Assembly (NCBI GenBank): GCA_001938485.1
Contig: MQRK01173466.1
Span: forward strand, 33,156-97,155
DNA length: 64,000 nt
Direction of reading: 5' to 3'
Origin: Girardia tigrina
Lineage: Eukaryota
Part shown: piece by piece, positions 11,001 through 26,000 of the stretch
How positions within the stretch are numbered: position 1 is the stretch's first letter
Layout: each line of letters begins with the position of its first letter
Notes under the pieces: model-generated
The model's database searches: none
What the model was told of the DNA's origin: nothing
The model's input: only the letters and a program-made list of their open reading frames with translations
Translations under genes and position numbers: made by a program

Positions 11001-14000
11001 CGGCTTTGGATGCTTTTCCTGTACCACTTATGCAATCGGTCATCAATCAGCTTCATGGATACCGCTTCTTTACAACTCTTGATTTAAGATCTTCATACCA
11101 CCAAGTTCCGTTGTCAGAGACTGACCAACCATTCACGGTTTTCGAAGCGGACGGTAATTTGTGGCAGTTTACTAGACTTCTTTTTGGTGTAAAAAATGGT
11201 GTACCAGTATTCTGTAGAGTTATGAAACAAATTACTACGAATCTTGAAGGAGTTGTTCACTATTTCGATGATGTAGTCATCTGTGGCCACTCTCAACAAG
11301 AACATGACACAAACTTTCAAAAGTTCATTACTCGAGCACGGGAAGTGAACTTAACCCTTAATTTGTCGAAATACCAACTGTATCAAAAGAAACTTACCTT
11401 CCTGGATCATGTATTTGAAGATGGAATAATGAAGCCAGATCCAGCACGGTTGCAACCATTACTAAAATTTTCAATACCTCGGCACAAAAAAGAATTGGAA
11501 CGCCTGGTGGGAATGTTGGTGTATAACTCTAAATGGGTTCCAGATTTTGCAAAGACAGCAATACCACGCTTTGAAGCAAAAGAACGTCCTGTTTTCCCAT
11601 TGAATACAGACTGTGTGCGAGCCATTTTAGCACTCAAAAATATGATTGCAAAGTCCTTTTTAGCGATTCCAGAGGATGAAACACAACTGACCCTGGAAAC
11701 GGATGCGTCGTCAACGTCGATTGGAGATGTTCTCTCTCAATCTGGGAAACCATTGGCTTATTTTTCTAACAGATTATCTCAAACTGAAAGCAGATTATCT
11801 CAAACTGAGCTAGAAGCTTACGCAATCGTCACCGCGGTGGAGCACTTTCGACATTTTTTGTTGGGCCACAAATTTATTGTCATCACTGATCAACAAGGAG
11901 TTGCGTTCCTCTTTGATTCTCAACCTCGCAACAGGATCAAGAATAGTAAACTGTGCCGTTGTAGACTCGGGTTGGTAGAGTATAAATTTCAAATTCAATA
12001 TCGGCCTGGTAATCTTAATGCAGTGGCGGATACTCTTAGCCGCACAGCCTGAGTGTCTAGTAATAATTCGTTCTTGCATGACCAACAATTGATTTCCATA
12101 ATTCACAACAACATGGGACATTCAGGTATTAGCTGTTTCACCCATTTTTTGGAGAAGCAATTTCAGAGGTCAGGTCTACGTAAGGAAGTGGAAAAATATA
12201 TTGCTGGATGCGAAATTTGTGCAAGGATGAAACCGAAATTTGTGATAGTGCCACAAGGAAATGTAATCCACGCGACAAGACCATGGCAGAGAATAGCAAT
12301 TGATTTTATGGGACCCAAGCAGTCAACTACGCGGAATGTTTACATCCTCACGGTCGTCGATGAATATAGTCGGTACCAATAAAAATATAAAAGAAGACCC
12401 GGATAGGGATTATAACATTTTATACCAAGTGGATTTGATTGTCATCTTTTACTTTTTAACTGAAAATTTGGGTTCTTGATCAAGACAACATTCAGTAAAC
12501 TTTCAAATAAAAAATTGTAAAGATATTAAAAGTTTATACCATTGTTTTTCTTTTTTCTTCTTTAATTGCAGTAACTGGTTTCAATACAGCTCCTCTTTGA
12601 ATATCTCTTAAAAGATCTTGAATCGGATTCACTTCAGGAATAGGTTTAGGTTGTGATTCCGAACGCACATTCGTAAATATTGGAGGTTGAACAGCCATCG
12701 GGGGCGGAGGTGGAAGTGGAGGTGGGGGCGGTGGAGGTGGCATTAAATCAAAATTTTGCATTGGCGTATTTACAGTGCTAGTATCCACAGTGGCCTGTAA
12801 TTAAAGAAAAATTAAAGATCATAGACGATATCAGATTCATTTAGTACAATTTAAAGATAATTCTCTAGACCGCCATCAGCTATTAACTTAAACAATTAGG
12901 TTACTTTGTTCAATATTAGTTCTTACCTTTAGAGATCACTTGTATTATTTAGATTTTATTTTAACAGTAATTAATATATTGATTACACATGATGTTGAAA
13001 AATATACAATCTAGAGCAACCTGTGAAGTTAGGTCATTAATAACTTCTGATAAAAGTAATTACTTGGATTTTATAACAATCAGGTATTTGGACAAAAGGT
13101 TCAATAGATAGTTTTTACTTTCATGTTATTCATTTGAAAACTGTTTAGTGTACTGAACCTATCTTAAAGTGTTATTCTTAGCTCTTAAAATGGAAAGTCG
13201 AAAATACACATTCGTCAAATTGTGCTTTCTGAAGTCAAACAATGCAAACACTTGGTCGTTCAGTGAGAAATTGGTTGGTAAAAGATCTTGGACAAGATTT
13301 TGAAAGACAAACTAAGGATGAATCACCATGACAATATTTTTCCTGTATTGATTGTGAGAAGTGGTTGCAACATCAATATCAGAATTCATTTTTTTAACAT
13401 CAAAATTTATTAATATAACAACAATTCACATATTTAAATAAATTTTTCTGTTAATTTAATTATCTCGCCACAAATTAATCTATTAAATTCTTTTCGATTC
13501 AATTTTTAAAATCTTGCAAATTTATTAACCCTTTCGCAGCTGCTGGGACACATATGTCCCAGTGAATGTTTAAAAAGGCTGTTGGGACATATATGACCCA
13601 TCATAAAAGACGAATGGGATATATTTGTCCCAACCTCCCCAACCCGCCCCCTGAATAAATTTCCAAAAAAAAACTTTTAAATAATAAATTTCAGACCGGA
13701 ATAAACATTATATATTTAACAAAAATTATCTATAACTTAAAACGGAAAGCCGCTGCGAAAGGGTTAAATAATTTTCACAATAAAACTAAAAAATTATTTA
13801 AAATTGTTTCATAACTTCTATTAAAATATATAAATTGTTGTGACTGTAAAAATATTTTTATTTATAAATAAATATTTAATATTTAATGGTTTTCTTATCA
13901 TTTTTAATTTTAAGATATTTAATAGATACATTAAAAAGATAATTTTTACTTTTAATATATATTTAATTTTTTTATGATTTTCTTTTATTATATCATTTTT

Positions 14001-17000
14001 AATTTTAAAATATTTAATAAGCATATTAACATTAAAATATTTTACCTTTTAAATTAAAAAAATAATAAATTATTCTGGTGAGATGCAAATTTAAATTAAC
14101 CCTTCATACTGATATTTTATGGTCATAATTAGAATCCACGTCTATCAACAAGAGAGACAGCAGATATACTTAATATATCGCAATCAATTATGTGCGCCAT
14201 CTTGAAAGATTTTTAAAGTCAATAAGTATGTAACATTTGAGCTTTATTAAAATGATAATTAAAATTGAATGATATAAAAAGTTCGATTTCAAAAGACAAA
14301 TGCTTGAAAGGAAAAACCACTTAAATCAGATTTTAAAGCTAACATTAAGAGTATCGTTAAAATTTAATCATCCATTAGCTGTTGAATCAAAACGAAGTAA
14401 TAACTGTAAGTACTAAGTAAATACGGTGAACAATTGCAAAAGGTGCAAAATAAATCCACGAAAGTTCTGCATTTTTCGAATGTGAAAGTGATATTTTGAT
14501 TCAAGATAACACCAGAATACACAGTGCATGAACGAATTCTTGAATATAGCTGTTCTGATTTAATGCATCTATCTTATTTCTCACAATACCACCTTGCAGA
14601 TTCCTTATAGAACTTTTTAATGAAAAAATCTTCAATACATTAATTTGCCCTTCAGAGTGGTAAAATTATCTTCCAGTTAAAACCCACCAACTTTTATGAG
14701 TTAGTTGATAATCTTTTAATAAGATGGAGACAGTTATATTTAATAATGGTGAATGCATTTTAGATGAATGGAATTCTGCTATTCTTGGAAATCAAAATAA
14801 ATGTTCTATAAAACTCGTAAGTTATTTATTAGGAATCCTAATATAAGGCTATGTTATCACAACGATAAACGAGAAATTTTAGTAGTTGGTCGGAATAAAT
14901 AAATTGCAATTCACATAATGGATAACAAATGAATAATATTAAATCATATAATATATTGGTCTTTTTAAATTCTGTTCATATAATAAGTTGATATTTGTTA
15001 TACAGTAAAACAGATAAGATAAATATAAAACATATACAAAGATATAAATTTCAAATTTTCACAAAAAATCGTTTTTTATCATTTGCTTTTTTCATTTAAA
15101 GATGACATAACAAATAGTTACGTATAATAACGTAATAATTAGCATTGGTATTCTGATTCTAGATCAAAACTTCCTTCTTTATACATTTTTATAATTTTTT
15201 TGTTAGATTATTTAATTTGTCACAAAATATATTTATATATCACAAAAATAAATAAAAATACAAAAAATCGAAATAATTTACCAATTTTTATTTTATGACA
15301 AGCATCAGCAGTAAATAAAGAAAATTTTCAAATAACAAAAAAATAATGAAAAAACACTAATATAAAAGTTTTAATATAAAAACTTTTTTTCATGAGTACG
15401 ACAAATACGCAATTGTAGGTTATTAAAATTTTGTCACAAAGATTTTATTTCATCTTTTATTAAATTTCCATTTTATTTTACATGTTTAACTTAATCATTT
15501 CTCACTTATGTTTATTTATTTCACTTTACACGTTTAGAAAAAATTGAATCTACGACAAAAAGCCGCGTGACAAAAACACCACGTATTAAAAATGCCGCGG
15601 ACAAAAACGCCAAGAATGTAAACGTCGAATTTAATAATTAAATTAATATTATTAAAATTGTTAAATTTAGTAAAACTTTATCTGATTAAAATTAATATTA
15701 CTAAAATGAATATTATTAATTGAACATTTTTCAAAAAAGGGCTTAAATTAACCTATAAATAAGATGAAAATGTTTGTAGGTCGCTAAATATGCAATGAAT
15801 ATTGGTAGTGAAAAACTAAATTATAGAAAATTCAAATGGGGTCCAATCCGTTTTGTAGATAGAATGTTAATATTTTGTTTTTAAGAAAATATTTTTAAAA
15901 AGTCAAAATATTTTTAAATAACAAAAAATTATATAAAAATATTTTTTCTAAGTTTTGAAATTATTTTTATAATAATATTGAAAAATTAAATTAAATTATT
16001 ATTAAATTTTTTTACTATTTTTTCTTAAATTTTAGTATTAATTTATTTAATATTAAAAAAAATAAAAATAAAGACACGTTTTAAATTATTTCAAATAATT
16101 ATTTCATAATAATAATTAATCAAAGTGAATTGTAACAATTTTTTTCAAGGACAATGGATTGGATAATTCATGATTTGTAATGTATAAATAAATTAAGCAA
16201 ATCAATAAATTACTTACGTCTTCGATATCACGCCGAAGAAAGCTTCGTGGATCTTCGTAGACTGCAACATCAGCAAAATTATAGTCCATCGGACTTTCAT
16301 CATTCACTGGTTCTGTGAATTAAAGATTTTTAAAAATAATAATCTAGTTGCATTTAAAATTTTAAGATTCGTGGAAATTGATAATCATACTGTTAATAAA
16401 ACTGAACAATGATAATAAATTATAATGAGGACCGTAACAAAAGGATATTACAGCAATACATTTAACAAAAAACATAAAATTCTACTTAATATATTATCTT
16501 ATTACCATATTATTATTGAAATATACAAATAGTAATTGAAAAAAATCTTGAAAATCTCATCTTTTTTGTCAGTTATCATTCTAGATTTAAAATTATTGGA
16601 TATTTGATGGTTCAAACAAATGAAAAAATTACTCAAAATTTCATAATTTAAAATTTTCGAAATTTTAACATTAAAATATTTTCAACAATCAGAATATTCA
16701 AATCATTAATCAACCATCAAGCTTAGTAGGGGCCCTCATTAAAACAACATATTAAATCTGAAAATATTATTCAGTGTGAATTACATAGTGCACTTTATTA
16801 AAACATTTCAAAAATAAAAATATAAATATAATAATTTATGATAATATCTGAAAACTTTCAAATAATTAAACTACGTACTCTAAAAACATAGGACCGGTTC
16901 TTGTTAGAAATGTTTAAAAATCTTTAAAAATATCAATTAGTTTATGTGAAGAGGATATTTTAAAGTTGGAAAAACATGGTTTATATGCCTTTTATTAGTA

Positions 17001-20000
17001 AATACATCATGTCTTCTTGATATTTACGAATCAATAAATAAGCAATACTCGTTCATTTTATGCGTGATTAACTGTCGTGGATGCAATACTAGATTAAAAG
17101 CGTACTTTTCAAATTATATTTGTCACAAGGTATTGAATTTGTAAATATAATATCTGGTGACGAAAATTTAATGAGTTCTTTCGATGGAACAGCCTTGATC
17201 ACAAATTTTCAATTATATGACCCTTATTTGTGGATAAACAACATTTGATTTAATTAATGAAGTTACTTACCGTGAATAAGTTTTCTTTGTAATCTCATGT
17301 TCATTTACTAATTTTCAAATTTAAGTGGTACGAACAGCCTGAGATGAAGCCATGTGTTCACAACTTGCTCCGACTTTAACTTTAATATCTCTTTTCAGTA
17401 TTGACGAAAAAATTAGGATTTGTTTAATGGTAATAGATCTTTACTGTAGATGGAGTTTGTTTTCAAATTTAGGAGAAACTCAAACACGTGGCTTTGTTTT
17501 AAAATGATATGAATGCCCTACATTCAAACATGACTTTCAATATTTAAGTAGAACGAAATGATTATTTATCGTTTTTGGATATAGTGGTAGAAAGGAAAAA
17601 ATAATCATTATGAGACTAGTTTTTCGGAAAAACCGATACGGAATTCTTTACATCTGTAAGTAGTTTTTGTAAAATTAAATATACATGAAATAAGATAATA
17701 ACTAAATTCTACCAATTTTGGTCTCTTTCGTCATCTTAAAATCTAATTATTCCAAATTATTTATTGAACACTTAATAAATGAAATTATATATAAATTATT
17801 TGCAAACTCACAAATAAAGTAACAATGCTAAAAATAATTATTCGGTAAACAATTTGGTAAATGACTGTCAATTAAATAATGATAATGGTAGTTTAAAAAA
17901 CAAAATGAATATTTGGTATGTTTTAACCACTCTATTTTCTGAAGGATTTAAGAAATTAAAATTTTCTATTCACCAATTAAGCGTATATGTACGTCAAACA
18001 AAACTGCTTTGGTAGTGTGTTTAACATATACATTATATTTTAATATTTATAGATCTATTTGTTATCTACTGGTATAACTATATCTATTGGTTTATTTTCC
18101 GTTTTCGACGTATACAAACGTCATTGCTCATTTTAAATACACACCAAGAAAGACATTTTTCAAAATAAATAATTTCGTTAACTAATAAGAAATTTAATTT
18201 ATAAGGATTAACGATTGTTTAACAAACATACAATGCTGAAAGTATTTTTTAAAAAATCTACAGGGTGCCCAGTAGAAAACCAAAGGATTTTATGAAACCA
18301 AAGTGTATTTAATTAAGTACGTGATAAATGCAAACAAATTTATATTTACATAAATAACACCAAAGGATTTTATTTATTTAATTAAGCACGTGATAAAGGC
18401 GTGATTGATTACATCTGATTGGTCGATATTTATGTCCTATAATTATATAGCACATGACATATTTCATTATTTTCGCTGATATTACTGAAAATTAATTTTA
18501 TGTTGTGCGTTAACGGTGTGGCCACTGCCAAAATGTGTAAAAAAGGAACAGTTAGAAAAGGAAAACTTCACTCTTCAATTAAACAAGCCGTTCTAAGAAT
18601 GGCAGTCACTCCAGAGAACAGTCCTCGGCGTCGGTACAGCAGTCAACGACTAATCTCATCTGCATTGCATACTTCAAAAGGATCAGTGTTCAATATTTTT
18701 AAGGAAAGTTGCTTGAAATGTTATCACAGAATCAAATATCATAAGCTGATGGCCAATCATAAACAAAACCGAGTTTCAAAGTCAACAGAACTCATTAATC
18801 GATATGAAGTTGATGAAAATTGAAAAACGTATTGTTCATAGATGAGACTACCTTCGACATAACGCCTGTTTTGAACAGACAAAATGAACGAGCAGTCGAA
18901 TCGAAAAGTGAGATGCTTGAACATGAGCTCCTGGTTGAAGTTGATAAACAACAATCCTGAAAATGGCATATGCCAGTGTAACTTGGCATGAGAAAACTGA
19001 GTTACGTTTCTTCGAGGGACTCGTTAAAGGTCAAGACAATGTGGTTCGTTCAAAAAGAAAACCCTCAACCAGACTGTATATCGTGACGATGTGTGTCCCT
19101 TGATGTTTATGGATGTAATGATATAATTTAATTTCATAAAATTAAATTATATCATTACAATGAATATCATTAATGTAAGATTTGGCAACAAGACGGGGTA
19201 AAACCTCATACGACTGCGGCTACAGTTAAATAGTTAGAGAAGAACACAACTCAGTTCATCAGACCTTCTGAGTGACCATTGAAAAGTCCCGATCTGAATT
19301 TTATGGACTAAAGCATCTGGCGAATTTGTCTTCAACACTTGCAAGCAGTAAGCAGCGATATTACCACGGTTGATAAACTTAAAAGTACTTTGCTACTCGC
19401 ATGACAGAACATCGCCATGGAAATAATTCTAAAGGCCACAGCTTCCTGGATTCCACATCTTGAACAGCCAGCTTATTTACGTAAATATAGTTGTTTGCCT
19501 TTATCACATGTTTAATTAAATACACTTTGGTTTCATAATATCGTTTGGTTTTATACCCTGTATTATCCCATTCGACTTGTGTTTGGATTTATTTTATAAA
19601 TGTAATTTAATGTCACGTTATCTCCATAATCTAATCGAAGAACACAGTCGAATTTTTATGAATTACTTTCTCATTTATTATAGATAAACGTTTGATAATT
19701 TTATTTGTTGGAATTCGTTCTTGTTAAAATGACCTTGTTATGAAGTTTATGTAGGAGCAAAACATGATGTAGATAAAGTAATATCAGTAGCGATAATAAA
19801 ATAAGTATTGGAGAAAAAGTAAACTAAATTAAAGGTTTACCGCATTACTAATATTGAAATGTAAATTATAAATGTAAAGATTAAAAAAAATTCATTTATC
19901 GTAACATAATTACGTGCTTTATAAACATAAAAATGTAATATAAACAAACGAAAAGGCTGTACACTACACCAGTATACATAAATATTTATTTGAGGTTTAA

Positions 20001-23000
20001 AATAAATTTTTCATTATTTTTACATAAACTGAATTTAGTCAAACTTGGAAACCGCCTAATAAATCAGAATATTAATCTCATTATCATGGATCAGTTATAA
20101 GAAAAAACATATTCCTTGAATAGAAAACCTTTAATTCGTAATATTTTTTATCGACACATTCAATATTTTTGATTAGATAAGCGTATTGTTGGATACCGTG
20201 TTTATGAGAGTACCCAATGTTATCTGTACGAAGTTACGTGTATCCACGCTCTACTTTGAACTTGACATCGTTAACGACCCAGGTAAATAAACAAGTTAAT
20301 CTTGATTAATCTACATTTTTTTAATTTATTGTCGAACGAAGAACCGCAGAGATTAAATTATATTATATCCATAGAATTAAAGTTCAAAAGAAAAGTATGC
20401 TTGAAATAATGTTTTATGCTTTATTTGCACAATACTAATGAGAACGTAAGAACTGAACAAAACTTAAATATGTAAAACAAAAATGTAGCAATTACATTTA
20501 ACCCTGCAGTACTGACAACGATTTTTGTAACATTAGTCCTAACATTCAATTGTGAGACCGAATTCAGAGAATGCTATTTTATTCCTACATTCTGTATTCA
20601 TATAGTACTTTTTTTGTAAAAAAGAAGCATAGCAGAACATAGCGATGAAGGTGTCGCGATGATTTGATGAGAAAAGTTGGGGCTCGGTCTAAGAGACGGA
20701 ATGTTAGCACTGGAGGGTTAATGTATTTTAAATAGATAATCAGTCCGTTTCATGAACGGACTCAAACTAATTATGAAGCTACATGTTTACGTTCTTAGCG
20801 GAACAAAGACACTCATTTAAATGGCTAACAATGGACCATGGTATGTTTTAAGGCAAAAGAGACAATACCTTCTAAAATTTATCAAAGATAATGGTTTTTT
20901 GAAATTTATATATCAAACAGACTGCTAAATGGTAAAAATTGAAATATTTAATGTTTAACATTTTTATGTTAAAAACATTAATGTTACTGATAAAATGTCA
21001 GTAATACATGTCGTAAAATTTCATTAGGACATATTCACTTCAATTTTTTATTTTCAATTCGCTTTAATAAAGAATTATTTCACCATGAAAAAGCACGTTT
21101 CTACATGATTATTAAAATGTTCTTGGGCTGTAAAATTAAAAAAAATATATATTCATAACTAAGAAAATAGACATAATTGTTAGGAAAAGATCCCAGAGAA
21201 TAAGATCTGAACTTTTCAGGTTCAATTTGTTTTTGTAATTACTACTTAACTGAAAGATGAGTATCATGAGAAGAAAATATTTCTCTTTAAGTTCATTTCC
21301 TTAATGGAAACAATATTTTTCAATATATTACTCACTAGAAAACTTAGTCATTAAAAAGGAATACCTATTAAATCAAAAAAAATCTTTTTTAAAAAACAAT
21401 GCATTAATAAAAGTCCCTCAAAAATCGATGAACAAATTCTAAATTTTAAACAATTTAATCGAATCAGAGTCGATTAAATTTCGCGTCAACAACTGGAATT
21501 AGTTGTCAGACTGAGCCGGTTAGAGTGACATTATAACCGACCGGTTAATTAGAGCATTTTAATATATGTTTTGGTGCGGTACAACTATGGTATCATAGTG
21601 GAATCTCAAACTCTTCTCTCAGGATTGGAAAAAATAGCAATATGTTATTTTAATCTCGGAAATTCATTAAATTCCTTTTGAAATAGTTATATTTGTCAAT
21701 AAACAGCAGAACACAGAATTTCTTTTGTTATGACCAAAAATAAAAACATATTTGTTAAAAACTGCGTGTTAAATTTGATTATTTGTACGTGGTGTTTTCT
21801 TGCATAAGTCTAATTATTATTAAATCAATCATGTAAAAATGTTATAATAATTTTCTTTTATATAATTTTACATACTCTGACACAGATAAGTATTTCAATA
21901 ATAATTGTAAAATTTGATGGTGCCTTGAAATACAAGTCTTTTAACCCTTAGCGGTAGAACGACTACTATGGTGGACTAAATAAAAATTAGAATCAATATC
22001 AATAACAGAAACATACAAAATTCAATGAACGAATTACTTAAGATCAGACGCTTGAAGTTAATCTTAAAGGGAAAAGCTAACTGGTTATTGACAAATACGT
22101 ATTCGTTTACCATATCTTCCTCAATATAAATTGTGGGTTATAAAAAAGATCACCTATATATGGAAAATACCAAAATAACAACAAAGTGTTTTAATTCAAA
22201 ACCATCATTATGATTTTCAGAAAATCTTTCAAATCTAAATAAAATTCATTAATAACCTCTGTCCTAGTTACATTAACAAATGTTTATTGTATTTCGAATG
22301 ACAATTTTGATAAATAAAATTATTAATTAATAATTTGTTATCGAATACTGCTATTTCATAATACTTTTCATAACTTTTCAAAGTACTATTTTACGGGTTA
22401 AGAGTTACCGGACGTACTGAGTTGAGTACTATCTACATATTTTCCACATCATCTGTCACATTGATATGGTTTCTCTAGTCTTGAATTCTCGGAATGCTAC
22501 GTTGTTAGAAATTATTACAAGACATTGGTAAATCTCATAAAAAAACTTTATATGAAATTTATAATCTCAATATTTATAAAGATCATCCTGATTTAAGAAA
22601 AATTAACCAAACCATATACAAAACGAGGACTTTACGAATTAAAACGAATAGTCACAGAAGCTTATAAATTTTCGACTTATAACACGGAATTAGTAATTAC
22701 ATTCAAATTTCTGTGAAGCTGGTCCTAACATTATTATCATATTATGTTCCAAATGAAGAAAACAAAGACATTGAAAGTAAATTCAAATAAATTTAGAAAT
22801 AATTTATTAAAAACGTAGTACATGACGACAATATAAATACATTAATTCATTTAGAAGTAAAGAAAATAAAAGATATTGGACAAACAAGTCTCAAATACAG
22901 TTTTATTATATAGTCTTTTCGAAGTTTTCTTTAGCCGAACTATTCATTTTAACTGATATTTGGTTTCCTAATTTTCTTTTCAGATAGTTAATAGATTTAG

Positions 23001-26000
23001 AGAAATTGAATACAATTTGCATTATTATGTCGTCAAGTATGAAATTTGTGGGCATGATTATAATAAATTCAAATAGTTATAATTTGACAATGACTTAACA
23101 TTTTGTTTGATTGCTATATATCTTGACTATTGAACATATCAATAAAAAATTAATTAAAATAATTGATAACTTGTTTTAATAATAGGTATTTTAAAAAATG
23201 GGAAAGGCAGAAATTCGAACTATTATGAAGTACGAGTTCCTACGTGGAACCTCAGCATCAGAAACCATGAGAAACATCAATAGTGTATTCGGGTACAATG
23301 CTACTACGCAACAGATAATCTTAAATTGATTCAGGAAATTCGTAAAAGATAATTTTAACCTCAATAATGAGTCTCTGAGTCGCCCAGGAATGCAGGTAGG
23401 CAATGACGAACTGAAGGTAACCCTGGAGTTGGATCCATCACAAAGTTTGATGTTATAAAGCTAACAATATTAAATCACTAGACTCAAATTGATAAAGTGA
23501 AAAAGTTGGATACGTGGATTCCACATGAGTTGAATGAAAAGCAAAAATATTTTTATTGAAATGGCCTCAACAAGTTGTCACTAGAATAGCACAAGTGTGT
23601 CGATAAATATGGGTACATACTGTGATGAACGAAATAAATATTTGTAGAGGTAAATTATCAATAAATTTTGACTTTAGTTCTACAAATTTCATACTAAAAT
23701 ATATTGAAATTATGCCATTATATTTTGACTGAATATCTCTAATTTTTAGGCAGCTTCTAAAATAGTTTATTGTGATCTTTTATAATATTAGGGTAAACCA
23801 AAAGTCTTTTCGTATTTTCTATGTCCTTTTGTTCAATTGTATCTTATTACCAAATAAAGATATTTTATATACATGTGTTATATGTTTTTAAAGCTCTTGA
23901 ACTGCTCTATCACAATATATATTAAAGCTTCTAATTATTCGTTAATATAATTTTTATGGTCTTTTAGAAAAATCATGGAAAATTTTGAAATTCGTATTCT
24001 TTTACGCCATTACTGGAAACAGGGCTTAAACGCAACTGCAGCAACAAAGAAGATATGCAAAGTTGAAGGCGATAATGTGGTCATAAATCGTACTGCACAA
24101 AATTGGTTCAAAAGGTTCAACGAAGGCGACATTGACCTCGGAGACAATGCATGTTTAGGTCGACCTATCACCGTAGATCCCATAGCAATTCGTGAAGCCG
24201 TCAAGACAAATCCGTCAATAAGTACTCGCAGATTGTCGGCCGAACTCGATATTCCTCAAACATCCATTGTACGACACCTTCACACTCTTGGTAAGGTCAA
24301 TAGACGATGACCAAAAGTGCCTCATGAATTGACACAAATTCAAGCCGAATAGTGTTTCGAAACTTGTCAAAAATTGCTTGAAAATCCACGCGATGACCGT
24401 TTCATCCGTCGAATTGTAACTTGCGATGAAAAGTGGGTTTACTTCAGTAATCCAGACCAACAAATGGCGAAACCGGTAGCAAATTGAGATCGTTTCTCAA
24501 GGAAGGCACTTTTGTGTGTTTGATGGAATTTCGAAGGCGTGATCCACTTCGAGCTGGTTACAAATGGTCGTACCATCGACATTGACCTTTACTGCGCTCA
24601 ACTTGATCGAATGTATGCGGCACTTGGCAAGAAATACCCCGCTTTGATCAATCGAAAGCAAGTTCTTCTACAACAGGACAATGCGAAACCGCACACCGTC
24701 AAACAAACATAGGAAAAAATCAAAAATCTCGACGCTTTTGAACTTCTTCCACACCCAGTGTATAGTCCGGACCTTGCGCCATCTCACTATCACCTTTTTC
24801 GCTCTATGGCACACTTTCTTCTTGGTCGCAGCTTCAATATCTGGCCGAGGTCAAAAACGGTTGTCACCAGTTCTTCGCTTCTAAGAACAAGGATTCGTAC
24901 CGTAGCGGGATCGTACAACTTGCCCATAGATGGGTTCAAGCTATAGATTCAAATAGCCTTTACTTTGAAACTTAAATGTTTTTTATTTGTTGTAAAATTA
25001 TGTTTAAATTTTTAATAAAAAATACCAAAAGACTTTTGATTCACCCTAATAAAATAAGTAAATAAATATTCATTAAGGATTCATCGTATCAATAACAATT
25101 GTTGAAAAATAATGTAAAAAGTGATTAGATCAAATTGGAAATGTCTAACATGTGAATTTTAATTGAAGTGTTAAATACTTTGTATAAAATTTTAAAATCT
25201 TTATACTTAACATTTATATCTTAATCTCACTGTATCTTGTTATATTTTCTGCAACACCTTTGGGTGTTCCTGAAACTGTTTATCGAAATTTAACGCAGAG
25301 TCTGATGGTTGTTATGTGGCATCCATTACATATAAATTTAAAAAATCCGATCTTAACACAGACCAAAAGAAGTAACCGAATTATTACTGAATATATTCTG
25401 AATTCTATTTTTTAAATTAAAAATATTTTAATTTATCTTATTTAAGATGAACAATTTTTATTTACAAAATGAAGCTATAAGGAATAAGAAATTTTCAAAT
25501 CAGTTATTATTTTATGGAACTGTTTCTTTATTATTGATACCTTAATTGATATTGGATTGATAGGAAAATATTTTAAATAAAAATGAAAATTGGATTTTTC
25601 AAAACTCAAATAAAAGGGTACAACCAGAACACAATAAAATAGCACATCACAAAAGTTTCTAAGAAATAAATTTATTAACAATACTACATACAATCTAGAA
25701 AACTAAAAAAACTAAAGACAAATGTTTTAGTTCACTGAACACACTTCACTAATTATCTGGACCGAATAAATTCTAATTATTTTTTAATACTTTTTGAAAT
25801 TTCCAAAAATGTATTTTGTATTAAGTTCATTCAGCAAGATTTTCCTTTGTTCTAAATAAAGAAACGCTCAAAACATTTTAGAATAAAGTCGAAGCTTGGC
25901 GAATCAACGAGTTCGAAAAACAAATTAATAAATGACTTTGCAGCAATTTAGTTTTCTACCGTAAATCAATCCTTCATAACTTGTTATTTTTTTTTAATTT

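Noticed and set aside
11768-11810. RLSQTE-S-RLSQTE apparent duplication in RNase H
   Set aside because: Spacing equals the normal L..xE..YS..E.E motif, so there is no net insertion; at most local homogenisation.
12426-12500. Possible extra WAVE micro-exon after exon 5
   Set aside because: The segment after the TTTCAG acceptor has stops in all frames; exon 5 joins exon 6 in frame.
13821-14024. K/I/N-rich ORF repeated at 47202-47405
   Set aside because: Chance ORF in the AT-rich body of the solo-LTR family.
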